DNA of 5,151 nucleotides from a virus (Duplodnaviria; Heunggongvirae; Uroviricota; Caudoviricetes): IMG/VR virus record IMGVR_UViG_2537561714_000007; one strand, 5' to 3'. Shown piece by piece: positions 1 to 5,151 of this stretch (position 1 is its first letter; each line of letters starts with the position of its first letter). The notes under the pieces were generated by a model. It saw only the letters and a program-made list of their open reading frames with translations, ran no database searches and was not told where the DNA came from. The position numbers and the translations under genes were made by a program.

Positions 1-33
1 CTCAAGACGATCCTGAATGTAATAAGCGTTCAT
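1..33 (-). CDS. gam: Gam (host RecBCD inhibitor), N-terminus of the short GamS form; partial, runs off the window
   Basis: Minus-strand ATG at 31-33 preceded by AGGAG (plus 41-46 ctcctg); translation [11 protein letters not shown] matches the recalled lambda GamS N-terminus; position directly downstream of kil as in lambda. Confidence 0.6.
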   Translation of the reverse strand, partial: MNAYYIQDRLE

Positions 34-87
34 GGCTGAACTCCTGAAAATGGCTGTGAAAATATCGCCCGCGAAATGCCGGGCTGA

Positions 88-252
88 TTAGGAAAACAGG
101 AAAGGGGGGTAGTGAATGCTTTTGCTTGATCTCAGTTTCTGTATTAATATCCATTTTTTATAAGCGTCGACGGCCTCACGAAACATCTTTTCATCGCCAA
201 TAAAAGTGGCGATAGTGAATTTAGTCTGGATAGCCATAAGTGTTTGATCCAT
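88..252 (-). CDS. kil: Kil host-killing protein, 54 aa ([54 protein letters not shown])
   Basis: ATG at 250-252 with AGGAGT 8 nt upstream; overlaps the cIII 3' end by 32 nt as lambda kil does; same frame as the ORF-track 88..378 entry, whose upstream extension is rejected. Confidence 0.65.
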   Translation of the reverse strand: MDQTLMAIQTKFTIATFIGDEKMFREAVDAYKKWILIQKLRSSKSIHYPPFLFS

Positions 253-385
253 TTTTTGGGACTCCTGGCTGATTAAGTATGTCGATAAGGCGTTTCCATC
301 CGTCACGTAATTTACGGGTGATTCGTTCAAGTAAAGATTCGGAAGGGCAGCCAGCAACAGGCCACCCTGCAATGGCATATTGCAT
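221..385 (-). CDS. cIII: CIII, protector of CII (FtsH inhibitor), 54 aa
   Basis: Minus-strand translation from ATG 383-385 gives [54 protein letters not shown], matching recalled lambda CIII; AAGGAG RBS 6 nt upstream; below the ORF-track length cutoff. Confidence 0.9.
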   Translation of the reverse strand: MQYAIAGWPVAGCPSESLLERITRKLRDGWKRLIDILNQPGVPKNGSNTYGYPD

Positions 386-457
386 GGTGTGCTCCTTATT
401 TATACATAACGAAAAACGCCTCGAGTGAAGCGTTATTGGTATGCGGTAACGCCGCGC

Positions 458-826
458 TCAGGCGGCTTTGATAGTCATATCATCTGAATCAAATATTCCT
501 GATGTATCGATATCGGTAATTCTTATTCCTTCGCTACCATCCATTGAAGGCCATCCTTCCTGACCATTTCCATCATTCCAGTCGAACTCACACACAACAC
601 CATATGCATTTAAGTCGCTTGAAATTGCTATAAGCAGAGCATGTTGCGCCAGCATGATTAATACAGCATTTAATACAGAGCCGTGTTTATTGAGTCGGTA
701 TTCAGAGTCTGACCAGAAATTATTAATCTGGTGAAGTTTTTCCTCTGTCATTACGTCATGGTCGATTTCAATTTCTATTGATGCTTTCCAGTCGTAATCA
801 ATGATGTATTTTTTGATGTTTGACAT
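458..826 (-). CDS. ea10: Ea10-like protein, 122 aa, function unknown
   Basis: ORF-track 122-aa ORF; GAGGA RBS upstream of ATG 824-826; same size and same 72-bp spacing to cIII as recalled for lambda ea10. Confidence 0.7.
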   Translation of the reverse strand: MSNIKKYIIDYDWKASIEIEIDHDVMTEEKLHQINNFWSDSEYRLNKHGSVLNAVLIMLAQHALLIAISSDLNAYGVVCEFDWNDGNGQEGWPSMDGSEGIRITDIDTSGIFDSDDMTIKAA

Positions 827-842
827 CTGTTCATATCCTCAC

Positions 843-872
843 AGATAAAAAATCGCCCTCACATTGGAGGGC
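843..872 (-). terminator. Candidate intrinsic terminator in the leftward operon (hairpin GCCCUC/GAGGGC followed by a U-tract)
   Basis: Plus 855-872 forms a 6-bp GC-rich stem with 6-nt loop; on the minus strand it is followed by GAUUUUUUAU (plus A-tract 845-852). Confidence 0.45.
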
Positions 873-934
873 AAAGAAGATTTCCAATAATCAGAACAAG
901 TCGGCTCCTGTTTAGTTACGAGCGACATTGCTCC

Positions 935-962
935 GTGTATTCACTCGTTGGAATGAATACAC
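935..962. repeat. Perfect 9-bp inverted repeat (GTGTATTCA ... TGAATACAC) with 10-nt spacer
   Basis: Read directly: plus 935-943 is the reverse complement of 954-962; lies in the ea10-orf83 intergenic region. Confidence 0.6.
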
Positions 963-990
963 AGTGCTGTGTTTATTCTGTTGTTTATGC

Positions 991-1018
991 CAAAAATAAA
1001 GGCCACCATCAGGCAGCC
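991..1018 (-). terminator. Possible intrinsic terminator overlapping the orf83 stop codon
   Basis: Minus-strand RNA GGCUGCC-UGAU-GGUGGCC (7-bp stem, two G-U pairs) followed by UUUAUUUUUGG. Confidence 0.35.
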
Positions 1019-1260
1019 TTGTTGTAAATGTTGCAGGTATCAAGTAAGTAATTAGATGGAGCGCCATAAATTATGAATTCATCGTTTGTCGGGTCCATCT
1101 CCATCTCTTGTCCTATTGCCATTCTTGCGTCAGTGTCGTCAGCGGCGAAGCATAAAACAGCCCACGCACCCATTGTTTTAAAAAGAACTGCAATTGGCTG
1201 TGGTTTTACTGAATTTGCGTTAGCGCGAAAATCACAAATCGCACTTTCATGAAATTCCAT
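1009..1260 (-). CDS. Hypothetical protein, 83 aa, first gene after N (the position ral occupies in lambda); not lambda Ral by sequence
   Basis: ORF-track ORF; GAGGTGA RBS immediately upstream of ATG 1258-1260; co-oriented with N. Confidence 0.6.
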   Translation of the reverse strand: MEFHESAICDFRANANSVKPQPIAVLFKTMGAWAVLCFAADDTDARMAIGQEMEMDPTNDEFIIYGAPSNYLLDTCNIYNKAA

Positions 1261-1318
1261 ATATCACCTCAAATAAGTGGTTTGCTGCCTAATTTCATTT
1301 TCTGGCGACCAACACAAG

Positions 1319-1591
1319 TCATCTTGCTGTCAGTTGTTTGGATTTACGGTAGCCTGCCGCGTAAAGAGCTACATTTGGAAGACAAGTTGAGCCTTCATAT
1401 TTTCTGGTCAACGTTGTCAGTGTTATTACTTCTGCTCTCATTGCTGGTTTGCGTTTGCATTGTAAGACCACTCGTGATGGGGTTGGCCTGTGTAGTTTGT
1501 CGGAGCTAATCGCCTCCTGACTTTGCAGGTTTGCGCGACGAGCTCTACGGCGAGAAGCTGCGGTGCCTTTAAATTCTGTTTTTCTGGACAT
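1319..1591 (-). CDS. N: N-type transcription antiterminator, 90 aa, P22/Stx-phage-like rather than lambda-like
   Basis: Start at the internal Met of the ORF-track 114-aa ORF, with strong GGGAGGA RBS; arginine-rich motif GTAASRRRARRANLQ near the N-terminus; C-terminus CLPNVALYAAGYRKSKQLTAR resembles the recalled P22 gene 24 / H-19B N C-terminus. Confidence 0.8.
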   Translation of the reverse strand: MSRKTEFKGTAASRRRARRANLQSQEAISSDKLHRPTPSRVVLQCKRKPAMRAEVITLTTLTRKYEGSTCLPNVALYAAGYRKSKQLTAR

Positions 1592-1689
1592 AGATTCCTC
1601 CCGAATAAACTTTGGCGATGCAATCTCGAAGCTCCTCCTGAGACGGTTGCTTCGGCATTGCATCCCACAGCTTATGTGGTTGGGTGATC

Positions 1690-1735
1690 TGGCTTTTCAG
1701 CCACGTAGTCGAGAGTCGACGTTGTTTAAAGAGCC
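1690..1735 (-). promoter_or_regulatory. nutL: Candidate nutL: boxA (minus GCUCUUUAAACAA, plus 1722-1735) and boxB-like hairpin (minus UGGCU-GAAA-AGCCA, plus 1690-1703)
   Basis: Consensus-like boxA about 40 nt downstream of the predicted pL start, followed by a 5-bp stem with GAAA loop; lies in the N leader. Confidence 0.4.
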
Positions 1736-1780
1736 TGCCAGTCTGTTCCATTTGGCTTCCAGCGTCCTGCTGATGGTTAA

Positions 1781-1809
1781 ATAGTACGATATGTACTTCA
1801 CTTGGTCAA
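1781..1809 (-). promoter_or_regulatory. pL-like sigma70 promoter driving N (minus strand TTGACC, 17-bp spacer, TACTAT)
   Basis: -35 at plus 1804-1809 and -10 at plus 1781-1786; about 180 nt upstream of N; inverted repeat AGTAC-N5-GTACT (1783-1797) overlaps the -10. Confidence 0.5.
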
Positions 1810-1986
1810 TACAATTTGTTCTAAAACGGGGCGTTTTTTTACAACGCTTTGTATTTAATAGTATTGTTTTTTAGCGTGGGTGTATTGCCTCGGCGATGTA
1901 AGGAGAGATCAGAATTGCGTTGTTTAGTGAGTTGTATCTATTTATTTTCCAATAAATACAATTGGTTATGTGTTTTTTTGGGCGAG

Positions 1987-2018
1987 AGGAAAAGAAAACC
2001 CGGCATGGAGGCCGGGTT
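1987..2018 (-). terminator. Intrinsic terminator closing the cargo transcription unit (8-bp stem AACCCGGC/GCCGGGUU, then UUCUUUUCC)
   Basis: Hairpin at plus 1997-2018 with 6-nt loop; U-rich tail only on the minus-strand transcript. Confidence 0.5.
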
Positions 2019-2023
2019 GATGA

Positions 2024-2146
2024 TTAGCGGTGTGGCCTTGAGCGATAATGCTCACACACATGTTCAAGATTTCCATGCCTTATCCGTTCATAGGCATTCA
2101 CATGAACTTCTCGATCGAATTGGTCATTCAAATTGTATGTAGACAT
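2024..2146 (-). CDS. Speculative small ORF, 40 aa (MSTYNLNDQFDREVHVNAYERIRHGNLEHVCEHYRSRPHR)
   Basis: ATG at 2144-2146; stop codon abuts the terminator hairpin; only a weak GAGAAA RBS; an overlapping plus-strand ORF (1849..2142) is equally unsupported. Confidence 0.2.
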   Translation of the reverse strand: MSTYNLNDQFDREVHVNAYERIRHGNLEHVCEHYRSRPHR

Positions 2147-2186
2147 CTGTGTTTTCTCATATTGGCGGCAGCCCTACAACCGCTTG

Positions 2187-2216
2187 AAAAAATGTACCAG
2201 ACGCGCTAAGGTTACA
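2187..2216 (-). terminator. Weak terminator-like hairpin with U6 tail about 100 nt downstream of the 173-aa gene
   Basis: Minus-strand UGUAACC ... GGUACA (6 bp with one bulged A) followed by UUUUUU (plus A-tract 2187-2192). Confidence 0.3.
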
Positions 2217-2319
2217 TCGCAAATATTGTGTACCTTAACAAGGGCTCCTTTTGGAGGCTCTGGTTAAACAGCATCAATGTCGGACTGGGGAGTTGGACAT
2301 TGTGCTGAATGCTTTTGCA

Positions 2320-2841
2320 TTATTGAGGCCGAACGTAAACCTTCAGAATTGAAGAGATGCGTTCGGCTTCTTCGTTTGTGATATCGTTAGGAATGCCTTT
2401 AATCGTTACTGTAACCCCTGATTCAGGTCGAAGAACTACTGGAAGATCATAGGTATGAAGTGCATTAGCCTTGCCTTCGACTTTTGTTGGTTCGCCAGTC
2501 AAATCTTTTTCCTCACTGGATTCTTTGTCAATCGGAGTGTATGGGATTTCTTCACCAGACTGGAAAGCTACAAACTTTTTGATTGCACTTTCCATGCGGC
2601 TTTTATATGCAGTAATGCTGCTGTCGCTAGGCTTCGGCTCAGTTGCGTTGATGTATCGCTCGGCAAGCTCATTCACATCAAGCTGAGTAACATCACCCAT
2701 TTCCTCTTCTTGGACTACCGTTAAGAGGCGAGCGGATGAGTTTTTTAAATTTCGAGCGGTGGCCTCCTTCATTATGTTCAGCGACATAAGCTCTTCAAGG
2801 AAGTCCTTGAATGCCTGCACGCTAACGTTTGACTTTGCCAT
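2320..2841 (-). CDS. Hypothetical acidic protein, 173 aa, no Cys, no predicted transmembrane segment; sole cargo gene in the rexAB-equivalent slot between cI and pL
   Basis: Clean ORF-track ORF; purine-rich GAGAGAGAG stretch upstream of ATG 2839-2841; own promoter and flanking terminators; appears more AT-rich than the flanking lambda-type genes (by eye, not computed); no family recognised. Confidence 0.75.
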   Translation of the reverse strand: MAKSNVSVQAFKDFLEELMSLNIMKEATARNLKNSSARLLTVVQEEEMGDVTQLDVNELAERYINATEPKPSDSSITAYKSRMESAIKKFVAFQSGEEIPYTPIDKESSEEKDLTGEPTKVEGKANALHTYDLPVVLRPESGVTVTIKGIPNDITNEEAERISSILKVYVRPQ

Positions 2842-2873
2842 TTGCTCTCTCTCTAAGTTATTGACTCAGATCG

Positions 2874-2915
2874 AGTTTATCCAGGAATTGATTTGCATGC
2901 AAGACTCAAGTCTTG
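2874..2915 (-). promoter_or_regulatory. Candidate promoter of the 173-aa gene (minus TTGCAT, 17-bp spacer, TAAACT) with two overlapping palindromes
   Basis: -10 at plus 2874-2879, -35 at plus 2897-2902; perfect palindrome TTGCATGCAA (2893-2902) and CAAGACT-ca-AGTCTTG (2900-2915) sit over the -35. Confidence 0.4.
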
Positions 2916-2942
2916 AGAATTTCCGTTCAAGATCCACTCTCA

Positions 2943-2968
2943 ATAAAAAAGGCCGCACCTCTGCGACC
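2943..2968 (-). terminator. Intrinsic terminator downstream of cI, ending the pRM/pRE transcript before the cargo gene
   Basis: Minus-strand GGUCGCA-GAGG-UGCGGCC (7-bp stem, one G-U pair) followed by UUUUUUAUU (plus A-tract 2943-2950). Confidence 0.5.
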
Positions 2969-3342
2969 TTTCATCTCCTAAATCTCTTTTCTCTTACCTA
3001 AAGAAACAGCAGGCTGGGTCAGCCCTAACAACTTCAAGTGCATCGGTCAGAGAAAGCTCCGTGCTATACAGGTGTTATTTCATATCTTTTTGCATCCAAT
3101 AAATTTTCCATCTGTCCAGAGAGCGGATGCACTTGATTCTTGTTGATGGCAGGACGTTTTTTCACCTGCCTCACCCTGCCATACAGGACGCTGCTCACCG
3201 ATATCTATCGTCCGGTCATTGATGTTATAGACAATATCCAGATCATTACGGATATACTCAGATGGCCTTATGCTTTCAATGAATAGATGAACTTCTTTTT
3301 GACCGCTTGATACTCATGGCCATTAAACTCCATCTATCCTCT

Positions 3343-4089
<747 letters not shown>

Positions 4090-4092
<3 letters not shown>

Positions 4093-4106
4093 CACCGCGC
4101 GTGTTG
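4090..4106. promoter_or_regulatory. Operator OR2 (TAACACCGCGCGTGTTG)
   Basis: 17-mer read directly; one base differs from the recalled lambda OR2 (TAACACCGTGCGTGTTG). Confidence 0.85.
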
Positions 4107-4139
4107 ACTGCTTTACCTCTGGCGGTGATAATGGTTGCA
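4104..4139 (+). promoter_or_regulatory. pR promoter (TTGACT, 17-bp spacer, GATAAT)
   Basis: -35 at 4104-4109, -10 at 4127-4132; followed by the cro RBS AAGGAGG at 4146-4152. Confidence 0.9.
4114..4130. promoter_or_regulatory. Operator OR1 (TACCTCTGGCGGTGATA)
   Basis: 17-mer read directly; matches recalled lambda OR1 and overlaps the pR -10. Confidence 0.9.
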
Positions 4140-4147
4140 TGTACTAA

Positions 4148-4357
<210 letters not shown>

Positions 4358-4364
4358 ATAACCC

Positions 4365-4396
4365 CGCTCTTACACATTCCAGCCCTGAAAAAGGGC
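4365..4396 (+). promoter_or_regulatory. nutR: nutR, lambda-type: boxA CGCTCTTACACATT (4365-4378) and boxB GCCCTGAAAAAGGGC (4382-4396)
   Basis: Read directly; matches the recalled lambda nutR boxA and boxB. Confidence 0.9.
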
Positions 4397-4399
4397 ATC

Positions 4400-4460
4400 C
4401 AATTAAACCACACCTATGGTGTATGCATTTATTTGCATACATTCAATCAATTGTTATCTA
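4400..4460 (+). terminator. tR1 region (Rho-dependent terminator between nutR and cII), placed by position only
   Basis: Position by analogy with lambda; no intrinsic hairpin with U-tract is expected or seen. Confidence 0.35.
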
Positions 4461-4500
4461 AGGAAATACTTACATATGGTTCGTGCAAACAAACGCAACG
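4460..4500 (-). promoter_or_regulatory. pRE (CII-activated establishment promoter) with CII site TTGC-N6-TTGC
   Basis: Minus-strand TTGCGTTTGTTTGC (plus 4485-4498) inside the first cII codons, with a -10-like AAGTAT upstream of the cII ATG on the opposite strand. Confidence 0.6.
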
Positions 4501-4769
4501 AGGCTCTACGAATCGAGAGTGCGTTGCTTAACAAAATCGCAATGCTTGGAACTGAGAAGACAGCGGAAGCTGTGGGAGTTGATAAGTCGCAGATCAGCAG
4601 GTGGAAGAGAGACTGGATTCCAAAGTTCTCAATGCTGCTTGCTGTTCTTGAATGGGGGGTCGTTGACGACGACATGGCTCGATTGGCGCGACAAGTTGCT
4701 GCGATTCTCACCAATAAAAAACGCCCGGCGGCAACCGAGCGTTCTGAACAAATCCAGATGGAGTTCTGA
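4476..4769 (+). CDS. cII: CII transcriptional activator, 97 aa
   Basis: Translation from the internal Met of the ORF-track 117-aa ORF (MVRANKRNEALRIES...) matches recalled lambda CII; RBS TAAGGAAAT upstream. Confidence 0.97.
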   Translation: MVRANKRNEALRIESALLNKIAMLGTEKTAEAVGVDKSQISRWKRDWIPKFSMLLAVLEWGVVDDDMARLARQVAAILTNKKRPAATERSEQIQMEF

Positions 4770-4791
4770 GGTCATTACTGGATCTATCAAC
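4715..4791 (-). ncRNA. oop: oop antisense RNA (about 77 nt) with intrinsic terminator inside the cII 3' end
   Basis: Minus-strand hairpin CGCUCGG-UUGCCG-CCGGGCG followed by UUUUUUAUU (plus 4713-4741); 5' end placed by lambda analogy in the cII-O intergenic region. Confidence 0.5.
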
Positions 4792-4801
4792 AGGAGTCAT
4801 T

Positions 4802-5151
4802 ATGACAAATACAGCAAAAATACTCAACTTCGGCAGAGGTAACTTTGCCGGACAGGAGCGTAATGTGGCAGATCTCGATGATGGTTACGCCAGACTATCA
4901 AATATGCTGCTTGAGGCTTATTCGGGCGCAGATCTGACCAAGCGACAGTTTAAAGTGCTGCTTGCCATTCTGCGTAAAACCTATGGGTGGAATAAACCAA
5001 TGGACAGAATCACCGATTCTCAACTTAGCGAGATTACAAAGTTACCTGTCAAACGGTGCAATGAAGCCAAGTTAGAACTCGTCAGAATGAATATTATCAA
5101 GCAGCAAGGCGGCATGTTTGGACCAAATAAAAACATCTCAGAATGGTGTAT
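4802..5151 (+). CDS. O: Replication initiator O, N-terminal part; partial, runs off the window
   Basis: Translation MTNTAKILNFGRGNFAGQERNVADLDDGYARLSNMLLEAYSGADLTKRQFKVLLAILRK... matches recalled lambda O; RBS AGGAG upstream. Confidence 0.95.
   Translation, partial: MTNTAKILNFGRGNFAGQERNVADLDDGYARLSNMLLEAYSGADLTKRQFKVLLAILRKTYGWNKPMDRITDSQLSEITKLPVKRCNEAKLELVRMNIIKQQGGMFGPNKNISEWC

Noticed and set aside
88-378. ORF-track 96-aa minus-strand ORF
   Set aside because: Its N-terminal part is an out-of-frame read across cIII. The real genes are cIII (221..385, another frame) and kil (88..252, the same frame from an internal ATG with RBS).
1249-1784. ORF-track ORFs 1249..1509 (+), 1438..1668 (-), 1563..1784 (+), 1569..1751 (-), and the 114-aa extended N (1319..1663)
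   Set aside because: Antisense to or overlapping N and its leader, with no RBS and low-complexity translations. The N start with strong RBS is the internal ATG at 1591.
1826-1845. Short hairpin GCGTT-N7-AACGC with flanking T-runs just upstream of the pL-like promoter
   Set aside because: Only a 5-bp stem; it lies upstream of the promoter so it cannot be nutL boxB, and it is too weak to call a terminator on either strand.
1849-2142. ORF-track 97-aa plus-strand ORF (TTG start)
   Set aside because: Spans the strong terminator hairpin, starts at a non-ATG codon without an RBS, and is divergent from all neighbouring genes; most likely non-coding. A 40-aa minus-strand ORF is listed as a low-confidence alternative.
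2845-2855. (CT)5 dinucleotide run in the 5' UTR of the 173-aa gene
   Set aside because: Too short to argue for slipped-strand phase variation; on the coding strand it simply supplies the purine-rich GAGAGAGAG stretch upstream of the start codon.
2455-3001. Plus-strand ORFs 2455..2724, 2471..2686 and 2759..3001
   Set aside because: Antisense frames inside the 173-aa gene and its promoter region; no RBS, hydrophobic low-complexity translations typical of shadow ORFs.
1850-3342. Expectation of rexA-rexB between pL and cI
   Set aside because: No reading frame here resembles RexA (279 aa) or RexB (144 aa, multi-pass membrane protein). The slot holds a single 173-aa soluble protein plus decayed sequence.
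4416-4842. Extended cII start at 4416, and ORFs 4454..4714 (-) and 4483..4842 (+)
   Set aside because: cII starts at the internal ATG 4476 (MVRANKRNE...) with its RBS; the others are overlapping frames across cII, oop and the O start.

Overview
Lambdoid prophage early/immunity region, mosaic. Layout (minus-strand genes run right to left): gam' (partial) - kil - cIII - ea10 - orf83 - N <- nutL <- pL-like promoter | ~1.5 kb cargo slot | cI <- pRM/OR3-OR2-OR1/pR -> cro - nutR - tR1 - cII (pRE and oop antisense) - O' (partial). The right arm (cI through O) and far left arm (gam, kil, cIII, ea10) are lambda-type. The N module is not lambda-type: the N protein has a P22/Stx-phage-like C-terminus, and the promoter in front of it carries no recognisable lambda OL operators. 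The slot where lambda carries rexA-rexB (between cI and pL) instead holds a single 173-aa acidic protein of unknown function in its own transcription unit (own promoter with overlapping palindromes, terminators on both sides), plus about 500 bp of apparently decayed sequence next to cI. That cargo unit is the best candidate for an undescribed lysogen-expressed function (exclusion, defense or anti-defense), but I cannot assign a fold or family from sequence alone. All homology statements come from recalled reference sequences, not from a database search.
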